A stretch of DNA of 64,000 nucleotides from a virus. The notes under the pieces are model-generated. The model saw only the letters and a list, made by a program, of their open reading frames with translations. It was not told the DNA's origin and did no database searches. Numbering within the stretch: position 1 is the first letter of the stretch; every line of letters starts with the position of its first letter. The DNA is taken from positions 1 to 64,000 of IMG/VR virus record IMGVR_UViG_3300033058_000221; one strand, 5' to 3'. The position numbers were made by a program, and so were the translations under genes. Shown here one piece after another: positions 26,386 to 33,962 of this stretch.

Positions 26386-27455
26386 TGGCTAAGGTTGCTA
26401 TTATTTCCCTCACGGTTATCGCAACGGTACCTGTTGTTTGGGAGGACCTGCCGAACCTCACGCACGAGGACGGTAATCGTCGGCAACTCCGACTCAGAGA
26501 CTATGTCAACGCACCGCGCGGTCAACTCAATTTTGAGTTACATCCTGATTATACGTTGCCATCAGGGTGGCGACTCTCGAGAACAGGGAACCTTGCGTAT
26601 AACGCAGTTGTGGGACGGACGATTGTCTTACGTTTCAAAGCGACACGGGGCAGTGAGTCGGCATATTCAGGTGAGTTGCGGATTACGCGGCACGTTGCGT
26701 TTGTCACACGGCTGATTCCGAACCGGATCAATCTTGGGCTGACATTCAATAACACTCTAAACGCCCAACGCGTCATCGCCTACAATACAACAGATTTGGA
26801 TGTCAACCCGGTTCGAGACTTCATTTCGGTGTTTAATCTCGCAGGAGACGAGCAGGTATCGGAAAGCCATGAAGTCAGTGATGATAATCCCGAAGGTCGG
26901 TCAGGTATCGGTTTCGATGGCACATATTATTGGGTCTGCGGGCATGATGTTGCTGGTGGTGGGACGCTGAAGAAGTTCAATACCGATGGCACGGTCGCTG
27001 CGACGTATACCTACACCGGTGGCGAAATTGAGTCGATAGCGTTTGATGGCACAGCGATGTGGGGGTTAGATATTGATCGGAGGCAACTTCGGAAGTTTTC
27101 CACTGCTGGCGTTGAGGACACGACTGCGGCGGTCACACTGCCTCGTGCAACGACAGCCGCAGATATGAATGGAATTTATCTTCCGGGAGGGCAATACGGA
27201 CTGGAGTGGGCAGACGGACACTGGTGGATCCCACAGTTTCATATCGAAGGTGTGCAACACCACTATGTTTTCTGTTTCACGACTGCAGGTGTCGCGGTTC
27301 CGACAAGGCATTTTGCAGTGCCGATAACACCTGGGACGATTGTCGGACTCGCTTATAACCCGTCAACAGGGGATATGTGGTATATGTTGGATGGCGAAGA
27401 TTCAGAAGGTGCGCGATTTGGCACATTGCGGGTACATCAGATCGCGACTGTATAA
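26385..27455 (+). CDS. beta-propeller-like (NHL/YWTD-style blades) protein
   Basis: Recurrent blade-like motifs: GIGFDGTYYWVCGHD, IAFDGTAMWGLD, LEWADGHWWIP, LAYNPSTGDMWYMLDG. Confidence 0.5.
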   Translation: MAKVAIISLTVIATVPVVWEDLPNLTHEDGNRRQLRLRDYVNAPRGQLNFELHPDYTLPSGWRLSRTGNLAYNAVVGRTIVLRFKATRGSESAYSGELRITRHVAFVTRLIPNRINLGLTFNNTLNAQRVIAYNTTDLDVNPVRDFISVFNLAGDEQVSESHEVSDDNPEGRSGIGFDGTYYWVCGHDVAGGGTLKKFNTDGTVAATYTYTGGEIESIAFDGTAMWGLDIDRRQLRKFSTAGVEDTTAAVTLPRATTAADMNGIYLPGGQYGLEWADGHWWIPQFHIEGVQHHYVFCFTTAGVAVPTRHFAVPITPGTIVGLAYNPSTGDMWYMLDGEDSEGARFGTLRVHQIATV

Positions 27456-27465
27456 AGGAGGTGAA

Positions 27466-27485
27466 GGGTAGGTCGCCACCTACCC
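27466..27485 (+). promoter_or_regulatory. perfect 8-bp hairpin gggtaggt-cgcc-acctaccc after the structural block
   Basis: Sits 11 nt after stop 27455, with no U-tract. It marks the boundary between the tail genes and the nuclease/lysis block. Confidence 0.5.
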
Positions 27486-27589
27486 GACAATGTCTAATAT
27501 GGTTCGTAGAATAAAACGTTTGTTTCACAATAAACGGAACAAAAACCGCTTGAAAAAAGCGATACGAAAAGACAGAAAGGAGACACGAG

Positions 27590-28183
27590 ATGCGAAACCC
27601 GACAAAACTTAAGCTGGTTCTCTACGCGCTGCTCTTCGGCGCACTGATTGCTATACTCGGCACCGGACTGATGTACTGTATTCTTGCGTTCGCGGAAGAA
27701 CCGCAGCAATGGGACTGCATCATAACCGACCCAATTGCGCAGGTCTACGACGGTGATACCATCAAGGATGTGCGCGTGAAGGTCTTAGATCACGCCTTCG
27801 CGTCGGAGGAGACGGGGTTAAAGTGGCCAGGTGTCATCATCGACGATGACGGTGTGTATGTCGTTACCGACATCCGTATCGCCGGCATCGATACGCCAGA
27901 GAAACGGACATCCACAAAAAACGCGGATGGTAGTCTCCGGTCGGAAGCGAGTCGGAACAAAGAGAAAGCCGCAGCACTCGCTGCACAGCAGGCACTCATC
28001 GACATCATCAAAAACAATAACAACAAAATATCGCTCACCGACGCTCAGCACGGCAAGTACGCCGGACGCACTGTCGCGGACGTTGCCGTTGGCGAGATGG
28101 ACGTAGCATCACTACTTATCCAGTACGGGCATGCCAAACCTTATGACGGCGGCACGAAACCGGAATGGAACTGGGGGAAATAA
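27590..28183 (+). CDS. membrane-anchored staphylococcal-nuclease-like (SNase/thermonuclease) protein
   Basis: N-terminal signal-anchor LKLVLYALLFGALIAILGTGLMYCILAFA. SNase motifs VYDGDT, IRIAGIDTPEKR, GKYAGRTVADV and LLIQYGHAKPY. AAAGGAG RBS. Confidence 0.85.
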   Translation: MRNPTKLKLVLYALLFGALIAILGTGLMYCILAFAEEPQQWDCIITDPIAQVYDGDTIKDVRVKVLDHAFASEETGLKWPGVIIDDDGVYVVTDIRIAGIDTPEKRTSTKNADGSLRSEASRNKEKAAALAAQQALIDIIKNNNNKISLTDAQHGKYAGRTVADVAVGEMDVASLLIQYGHAKPYDGGTKPEWNWGK

Positions 28184-28185
28184 CA

Positions 28186-28485
28186 ATGTTTGGAGATACA
28201 CCGACATGGGCAGTTATCCTGGACTTACTACTATTCTTGAATGCGCTGATTATCTCTTGCCTGCTGACACCGCTCTTGTGGCGTATTTTCGGGAAAATGA
28301 GCAACCTCTGCGAGAGGGTGACGGATACTTCTGATTCTATTATGAAATTGTGCGAATCCGTCAAGGAAATTACCATCGGACTCACCGAGGGGCGCGTGCG
28401 AGATATTGAACTCAAGTCAGAAATTGAGAATATGAAACACGAGCTTCGCGAACACATTCGCGAAGAAAGGGAGCAAAGGAAATGA
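28186..28485 (+). CDS. N-terminal TM + coiled-coil protein, 99 aa (possible lysis accessory)
   Basis: ATG 28186, 2 nt after the previous stop, with a GGGGGA RBS. TM span WAVILDLLLFLNALIISCLLTPLLW followed by a charged coiled coil. Confidence 0.5.
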   Translation: MFGDTPTWAVILDLLLFLNALIISCLLTPLLWRIFGKMSNLCERVTDTSDSIMKLCESVKEITIGLTEGRVRDIELKSEIENMKHELREHIREEREQRK

Positions 28486-29450
28486 AGGTTAGAGGCAAAA
28501 CGCTTTCTGATTATGGTGCAGACGTTCAAGAGAATTATGACTCTTGGGTGACTGCCACAGATGATTTTGCGAAACAATTCATCGAGAATTTCAAGGAAGC
28601 CGTCGCATATATCAATGGTCTCTCTGATGCTGATTTTGATGTGCTTACGCTTGGAAACCCTGAAAAGAACTTACTCCCCTATTTGGATCCGGGGTTCTAT
28701 GGTGACGCATCGGGATTGGCATACTTGAAAGAGACGCTTGCAAACAATAAGGAGTACCAGAAAGAGACTGCCGCGCATGATGCTGAGATGGCAGCGATAC
28801 GTGAGGAGCATGGCGATCGTGTCGGTATGGCGTTGAGTGAGGAAGAAAAAGCAGCGCAACGAGAAGCACAGTCGGCTTATGCCGGACAGAAAGCAATACA
28901 AGACCGTCTCGGTGAATGTTACATTGAGGATTTCGGCGATGATCTGAATGTCGGTGACGGTGAACCGCATACGTCTGCTCCCGATTGGGTGCATGAAGGG
29001 TGGCAAGCCTTGAAAGACTACTGGGGCGCAGAAGACTTTAAGTCTATCGCTCAGAATGTTCGGAATCGGTTGATAGGGCAATCGGATAGACGTGTTGCTT
29101 TTGATTCTGTGCCTTATGGCACAATGCGCAATGTTACGATCAGCCAGCTGAGTCATGACGGTGTTGTTTCAACAGAATATATCCCTGACGCAGAGGAAGC
29201 GAAACGGACAATCGCATGGCGGCGCGAACAGATTCGTCTGTTCCGTGCTGGTGAGATTGAGGAAATCAACTGGCGACCCCCTAACACATCAGACCCGATT
29301 GTTGCTGCGGTTCAAGCAATCAAGGACCGAGGGGATGAATCTGATTTCACGAGACGCGGTCACCCCTCGGTGCGTGCGACGAGCAGAGAAGCCGAGCGGC
29401 GGGTATCCGCGAAAGAACGCGATAAAGCGTGGGAGAAGTCAAATGAATAA
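28482..29450 (+). CDS. hypothetical protein, 322 aa
   Basis: ATGA start/stop overlap with the previous gene. No family recognised. Confidence 0.5.
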   Translation: MKVRGKTLSDYGADVQENYDSWVTATDDFAKQFIENFKEAVAYINGLSDADFDVLTLGNPEKNLLPYLDPGFYGDASGLAYLKETLANNKEYQKETAAHDAEMAAIREEHGDRVGMALSEEEKAAQREAQSAYAGQKAIQDRLGECYIEDFGDDLNVGDGEPHTSAPDWVHEGWQALKDYWGAEDFKSIAQNVRNRLIGQSDRRVAFDSVPYGTMRNVTISQLSHDGVVSTEYIPDAEEAKRTIAWRREQIRLFRAGEIEEINWRPPNTSDPIVAAVQAIKDRGDESDFTRRGHPSVRATSREAERRVSAKERDKAWEKSNE

Positions 29451-29664
29451 GGAAACTTGGGACGAACTTCAACAGACATTGCTTCTCGGCTTGTCATTTG
29501 GGATGTGGATCGTTTTTGAATACTGGTGCTACAAAAGCCCTGATTTTGCCTCCGCATCGCACACAACAGCCGTGAGACTTGTGCTAACGAATATCGTCAC
29601 TGGTATCTTCGCGTATATCTACACGAAAAGTACCGGACAAGGAGATAAGAAACCGAATGGATAA
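29443..29664 (+). CDS. holin-like 2-TM protein, 73 aa
   Basis: ATG 29443 with RBS gggagaag. Two hydrophobic spans (LLLGLSFGMWIVFEYW and VRLVLTNIVTGIFAYIY) and a charged C-terminus. It lies immediately upstream of, and overlaps, the lysozyme gene. Confidence 0.55.
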   Translation: MNKETWDELQQTLLLGLSFGMWIVFEYWCYKSPDFASASHTTAVRLVLTNIVTGIFAYIYTKSTGQGDKKPNG

Positions 29665-30241
29665 CACTTTACTGCGGCAACTTTTGATGGACGAGGAAGG
29701 TTTTAACCCGAAGGCACATCGTGTTGAAGGGATATGGCACATCGGCATCGGTCATAACCTGGAGATTGAGCAGACTGAAGAAGAACTTGCCATCCTCGGA
29801 AACTACAGCATGGACACCGTGCATACCTTATCGCTCACCGAGGAACAGTGTTATGCCCTGTTTGACATAGATGTAGCAGACGCACTTGAGGATGTGCAAC
29901 CGACGTTCATGCCGGACGAGTTAGAAGCGTTAGGTGAAACCCGGCGTGCTGTGATTCTCTCGATGGTCTTTCAAGTTGGGGGTGCAGGTTTCCGCAAATT
30001 CAAGAAGTTTATCGCTGCTGTGAAAGATCGAGACTTCAGGACGGCTTCTATAGAGATGATGGATTCGCTGGCAGCGAAACAGACACCTGCGCGCTGGGAA
30101 CGAGCATCTTATGCAATGCGCGAGGGGTATTTCAAGGAATATGCCAACGCACCCACAGAGATACCACAAGACACGCCTTTAGGCAATCTATCAAACGACG
30201 ATCTCCTTGCTGAGATCGAACGGAGGTTAAAAAAAAAGTGA
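29657..30241 (+). CDS. endolysin, T4-type lysozyme (GH24)
   Basis: DEEGF...WHIGIGHNL (catalytic Glu plus the TIGIGH-like block), RRAVILSMVFQVGGAGFRKFKKF, and AAKQTPARWER. These align by eye along the length of T4 lysozyme. Confidence 0.9.
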   Translation: MDNTLLRQLLMDEEGFNPKAHRVEGIWHIGIGHNLEIEQTEEELAILGNYSMDTVHTLSLTEEQCYALFDIDVADALEDVQPTFMPDELEALGETRRAVILSMVFQVGGAGFRKFKKFIAAVKDRDFRTASIEMMDSLAAKQTPARWERASYAMREGYFKEYANAPTEIPQDTPLGNLSNDDLLAEIERRLKKK

Positions 30242-30990
30242 GAGTTCAAGACATAGAACCGAGATTTGACGACATAGAGGGACGGCTGACGGCACTTGAA
30301 GCGGATAGCCACACCCACGACGACGGACAACCCGATCAACGCATCCCAACACCTCATCGCTCACAGAGGAACAGCACCGCCGGGGAGGCAGCTGAAGAAG
30401 CTTCTACGTTTCCGACCGCGAAAAAAGCGGACGCTCATGCAGGTCTTAAGGCGGATATTCAGGCTGACATAAAGGTTTACGATGCCGGTGTCGTCGGACA
30501 GGCACTCATGAACCAAGTTGCACTTCGCAACGGCAACAACGACTTCTGTCGGCATGAAGCGTTTGTGATGAGAACCGGAGAGACGACCCGGGTTCAGCCT
30601 TTTGTTCTGACGGACGCACTGTATGATGTTCCGACAGAAGATATGCTAAAGCGGGTTCTCGCCACGACCGACATTGACAAAATCAAATGGGTTGCTGAGA
30701 AGATGGACTGCGAGAAGATCGCTCGTGAATTCGTTGATGCGTGTGCGGAACTCGGACTCACCGATGCCGTCGGTCGTATCTTCGCAGCATCCGGCAATCA
30801 CGCTTTTATCGTGGCATTGGTGCAGGACGGTGAGGATGTCAAAGTCGTGTTCATTGAGCCACAAAACGATGAATTCGTTGAGCCGATCTCCCTGAAAGAC
30901 AAGGCGGCGATTACTGCGTACTTGTCCGAAGGCGGGGATAAGGATCAACTGAAATATAATATCTACAACGCATTGATGGTTGTTAGCTAA
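30238..30990 (+). CDS. hypothetical protein with C-terminal Cys/His papain- or transglutaminase-like motif
   Basis: GTG start overlapping the lysozyme stop. N-terminal MRVQDIEPRFDDIEGRLTALE. C-terminal DCEKIAREF...SGNHAFIVAL...VVFIEPQND resembles BTLCP/transglutaminase-like Cys peptidases, but only weakly. Confidence 0.45.
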   Translation: MRVQDIEPRFDDIEGRLTALEADSHTHDDGQPDQRIPTPHRSQRNSTAGEAAEEASTFPTAKKADAHAGLKADIQADIKVYDAGVVGQALMNQVALRNGNNDFCRHEAFVMRTGETTRVQPFVLTDALYDVPTEDMLKRVLATTDIDKIKWVAEKMDCEKIAREFVDACAELGLTDAVGRIFAASGNHAFIVALVQDGEDVKVVFIEPQNDEFVEPISLKDKAAITAYLSEGGDKDQLKYNIYNALMVVS

Positions 30991-31048
30991 CAGTCGATGG
31001 TCACCAGATAACAGTCACATAAACCTGTGACTCATGGAGGTTTTGAAA

Positions 31049-31561
31049 GTGAATATTAACCAGATCGAACCGAAATTTAAGGAACTTGAAAAAGGCGTTG
31101 ACGGCGCAATGGAGCAGATCGGATCGATTGAAAAACGTCTTGAACAAATTGCAGCACGGCTTCAAGAACACGAAGGAGCAACCGCAGACGACGCTCACGG
31201 TGTTGAAGTTGAACCCACCGGAGACGAAGCGGAGCAGGAAGCAGAAACGCCTACCGAAATCGCAACCGAGACCGCAGAAGAAGCGGTTGGTACGACGGTT
31301 GGTCCGCTTGGCAATGTGCCTGGTGCTGCGGAAAGAATCTTTGAAACGGCAGAGGAATCCGTAGAAAAGGAGGAGTTCATAGACGAGGATGCCACCTTTC
31401 GAGTTCCCGAACAGGAACCCGAACCGGAAAAGGTGGAGCCTGTGGCGACTGTTAAAGTGGTTGTTTCGGGCGACTTAGACCCCGTCACCGCGTCGCTTCT
31501 TAAGCGTCTGGAACACATTAATACAGACGTTGTGAAAGTTACTGTTGATAAACGAGAATAA
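31049..31561 (+). CDS. acidic hypothetical protein (GTG 31049 preferred over ATG 31034)
   Basis: GGAGG lies 8 nt before GTG 31049, while ATG 31034 has no SD. The N-terminus VNINQIEPKFKELEKG parallels the N-terminus of the preceding protein. Confidence 0.45.
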   Translation: MNINQIEPKFKELEKGVDGAMEQIGSIEKRLEQIAARLQEHEGATADDAHGVEVEPTGDEAEQEAETPTEIATETAEEAVGTTVGPLGNVPGAAERIFETAEESVEKEEFIDEDATFRVPEQEPEPEKVEPVATVKVVVSGDLDPVTASLLKRLEHINTDVVKVTVDKRE

Positions 31562-31776
31562 TGGAAAGAATCAGAGTAGACGGTATCATCATCAAGGCGT
31601 ATAAGGGCACGAGGTTCGATGTGCGATCTGACGAGAATCCTAACCATATCGTCTTTTGCACGCTGTCGGGTAAAATGCGACAACGCAAATTCCGTGTCAA
31701 CCCCGGCGATGCCGTCATTATTGAAATATCACCGTATGACCTCACAAAAGGTCGTATCGTATGGAGGAAAAAATGA
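31561..31776 (+). CDS. infA: translation initiation factor IF-1 homologue, 71 aa
   Basis: Full-length S1-like OB similarity to bacterial InfA: ...SGKMRQRKFRVNPGDAVIIEISPYDLTKGRIVWR versus E. coli [34 protein letters not shown]. Confidence 0.9.
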   Translation: MERIRVDGIIIKAYKGTRFDVRSDENPNHIVFCTLSGKMRQRKFRVNPGDAVIIEISPYDLTKGRIVWRKK

Positions 31777-32504
31777 GAGATCTATGGCTGGTTATACTAC
31801 TTGCGATCCTGATCGCATTTCCAGTGTACGCGAACGAAATCGGTTTTACCATATCACAACTTCACGAAGAAATAGACTGGGGAGGCACCGCTAATTTAAG
31901 CGGCACCCTTGCAGGTCTCGACGCTGAGTTAGACATCCAGGCACAATCGGGTGATCTCATTCGCGGACGCTACCGCGGAGAAGTCGGACTCGCAAACTTC
32001 AAGGTTTTTCAGGATGGAACTTTCAAAGGCTATACCCTTGACTCGCTCGGTCGTCAATCCGATATTGGCATCAAGGGTGAAGTTGGTGTCGGGGGTCTGA
32101 ACGTTGCCGTCGGTATTTTCGGACGAAACGCAGGGGAATTCGGGCCCCCCAACGCCTACGGCACACTTCGCGACTTGGGCTACGACGAAGCCACTCTCGA
32201 AGCGATCGGTGGGCTGGATACACTCAACCCTGCACCAACGGGGCTTTCTATTCGAGGCGGTAATTCTCTGAATCTGCTACTCTCAACTGAGTTTGAAGTC
32301 GCTGATCTCGATGTGGAATTGCGAGTGCTACCCCAACTCACTGGCGAGGTCAAGGCACACCAAGCGTTGCTGCTTTTACAAACCGATTATCAGTTGACAG
32401 ATAACTTGAAACTCAACCTCGGTGCCGACATCGCGACGCAGCTTGTAGAGGATACAATCGAGTATGAAACAGCGACCGTCGCGACGGTTTCACTTGAGTT
32501 TTGA
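31773..32504 (+). CDS. secreted beta-barrel outer-membrane-like protein, 243 aa
   Basis: ATG 31773 (GGAGG RBS, ATGA overlap with infA). Signal peptide MRDLWLVILLAILIAFPVYA-NE. Alternating Gly/aromatic strands and a C-terminal ...VSLEF ending in Phe, as in OMP beta-signals. Confidence 0.55.
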   Translation: MRDLWLVILLAILIAFPVYANEIGFTISQLHEEIDWGGTANLSGTLAGLDAELDIQAQSGDLIRGRYRGEVGLANFKVFQDGTFKGYTLDSLGRQSDIGIKGEVGVGGLNVAVGIFGRNAGEFGPPNAYGTLRDLGYDEATLEAIGGLDTLNPAPTGLSIRGGNSLNLLLSTEFEVADLDVELRVLPQLTGEVKAHQALLLLQTDYQLTDNLKLNLGADIATQLVEDTIEYETATVATVSLEF

Positions 32505-32506
32505 CA

Positions 32507-32535
32507 TTGACAAAAATGGGGCAATAGTGTAAAAT
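32507..32535 (+). promoter_or_regulatory. sigma70-type promoter TTGACA-17 nt-TAAAAT
   Basis: ttgaca (32507-32512; a second ttgaca sits at 32501) and taaaat (32530-32535). It follows the OMP stop and lies about 190 nt upstream of the tRNA. Confidence 0.55.
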
Positions 32536-32724
32536 AACTTTAATAAATATATATCCAATTTAGTATATATTTATGCCCCAAATTGTGCCGGTGGGTAGGA
32601 TGAGGAATCCCGTCTGTTTCCTTGCAGACGAAAACAGCACACTCGGTTAGTTTGAAGTGCAGGTTAGGCGTGGCTTTGGCAACAACATACGATACGAGGT
32701 GTCAGTCACGCCTGCCTAAAATAC

Positions 32725-32797
32725 TGCAGGGTGGAGAAATTGGTATCTCACAAGGCTCATAACCTTGAGGTTGCTCGTTCAAGTCGAGTCCCTGCAA
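32725..32797 (+). tRNA. tRNA with anticodon CAT (elongator Met or Ile2/lysidine type; no encoded CCA)
   Basis: Hand-folded cloverleaf: acceptor tgcaggg/ccctgca, U8, D-stem gaga/tctc with loop aattggta (G18G19), anticodon stem caagg/ccttg with loop ctCATaa, variable aggtt, T-arm gctcg-ttcaagt-cgagt, discriminator A. Confidence 0.85.
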
Positions 32798-32815
32798 TCG
32801 AGATAAGGAGAAAAC

Positions 32816-33190
32816 ATGGCAGCAAATCTAATTGAACCTATTGAAATCTATCGCGACGACTATATCACAGTGTTTGTTATGGACGAACAGGGGGCAGGTG
32901 GCGCACACCATGTCTACCATATCTACGATGGGACAGACCCTTCTATAGATGAACCGATCGCTGTTATTCCATTCCAAGAGGGTGTCATCCTGGAGAACGG
33001 TGTCAACGGTGTCACCAACGAGGCACTGCTTGCGATTATAGGGCATCGGTTGAACTGTTTCCAGCAGGGACCGTTCCCATCCGATTTTAATAAGGCAGCT
33101 CTCTCAGGTGTTGACTTCGCGAAGGTTGTCTTGGGGATGCGCACAAAAGACAGGCAAGCGCGCGGCGTTGAGGGGCAGGAAAAGGAATGA
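32816..33190 (+). CDS. conserved-looking phage hypothetical protein, 124 aa
   Basis: AAGGAG RBS. The motif NGVTNEALLAIIGHRLNCFQQGPF...R..RGVEG looks like a recurrent phage family that I cannot name. Confidence 0.55.
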   Translation: MAANLIEPIEIYRDDYITVFVMDEQGAGGAHHVYHIYDGTDPSIDEPIAVIPFQEGVILENGVNGVTNEALLAIIGHRLNCFQQGPFPSDFNKAALSGVDFAKVVLGMRTKDRQARGVEGQEKE

Positions 33191-33348
33191 AATCGCTATT
33201 CAAGAAACTCTTTAGATGGTTATTACCAGACTGCCCGCACTGTTTCGATGCGAAGTTGCATCATTTCGGGTATCATACCACGCCGTCACTTGACATGAGA
33301 CCTATCTATAAGTGCGAGCAATGTGAGACAGAGTTTATCTCAATTTAA
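33187..33348 (+). CDS. zinc-ribbon mini-protein, 53 aa (hand-called)
   Basis: ATGA overlap with the previous stop. MKSLFKKLFRWLLPDCPHCFDAKLHHFGYHTTPSLDMRPIYKCEQCETEFISI carries CxxC...CxxC. Below the track cutoff. Confidence 0.45.
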   Translation: MKSLFKKLFRWLLPDCPHCFDAKLHHFGYHTTPSLDMRPIYKCEQCETEFISI

Positions 33349-33356
33349 GGGGAAAT

Positions 33357-33962
33357 ATGCCGTATTATCAGAAGTTGCCCGTCGTTATTGAAGCGGAGGG
33401 TCCTATCACGGAAGAGCAGATCATCCCGACCCTTAAAGGCGATATGAAAGCCGATGTAGGTGATTTTATTATCACCGGTGTGCAGGGTGAGCGGTATCCG
33501 TGTAAACCTGACATCTTCCATAAGACGTATCACGCCGTCGAGAACAAGGAGGGTGTCGCGTTCGTTGATGTCTGTGTGGACTTCGATGGCGTTGTTCATG
33601 AGTATTCGTCGGGCTGGCAAGGTGCAGATGTGATTCCCGATCCGCCGATCGTTGACACACTTAAGGTGCTTTATGAGTATCTTGACGCTGGGCTTACAAT
33701 CGCGATCCATTCGGCACGCTCGGCACAGCCAGGTGGCATTGAAGCGATGCGAAACTGGTTGAATAAGCATGATTTTGAATACAGAAAAGCGATGAAACCA
33801 GTACAGGAGCCACTGGCTTGGGAGATAATGTTCCCGATCTGCAAGCCTGCTGCTGGTATGTACATCGACGACCGCGGCTATCCGTATAACGGTCCTGGGA
33901 CGTTGCCGGACCCCGGGGTAATCAAATTGTTTCGTCCGTGGAATTGGAAACTGAAACCATAG
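33357..33962 (+). CDS. fusion of a small phage N-domain with a HAD-superfamily phosphatase / 5'-nucleotidase-like domain
   Basis: N-terminal KLPVVIEA...VGDFIITGVQGERYPCKPDIFHKTY. HAD motif I VDFDGVV, motif II IAIHSARS, motif III/IV CKPAAGMYIDDR. Confidence 0.6.
   Translation: MPYYQKLPVVIEAEGPITEEQIIPTLKGDMKADVGDFIITGVQGERYPCKPDIFHKTYHAVENKEGVAFVDVCVDFDGVVHEYSSGWQGADVIPDPPIVDTLKVLYEYLDAGLTIAIHSARSAQPGGIEAMRNWLNKHDFEYRKAMKPVQEPLAWEIMFPICKPAAGMYIDDRGYPYNGPGTLPDPGVIKLFRPWNWKLKP

Noticed and set aside
27490-27612. 40-aa very basic ORF (MSNMVRRIKRLFHNKRNKNRLKK...) between the tail block and the nuclease gene.
   Set aside because: It has no SD at proper spacing and overlaps the nuclease RBS and start out of frame. 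It is probably just an A-rich leader, though it could be checked by ribosome profiling.
31034-31048. ATG 31034 as the start of the acidic protein.
   Set aside because: No SD precedes it, and it sits in the 3' arm of a 7-bp inverted repeat (agtcaca/tgtgact). GTG 31049 has GGAGG at ideal spacing and aligns the N-terminus with the paralogous N-terminus of the upstream protein. Not excluded.
32536-32724. A second tRNA or tmRNA-like gene in the leader upstream of the tRNA.
   Set aside because: Hairpins are present, but I found no T-loop (GTTCRANYC) or cloverleaf arrangement.
32725-32797. Initiator tRNA-fMet partnering the phage IF-1; tRNA as an integration (att) site.
   Set aside because: Positions 1-72 are a normal U-A pair, and the anticodon stem has only two of the three G-C pairs characteristic of bacterial initiators. 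No integrase or flanking direct repeat is visible, and phage genes continue on both sides.
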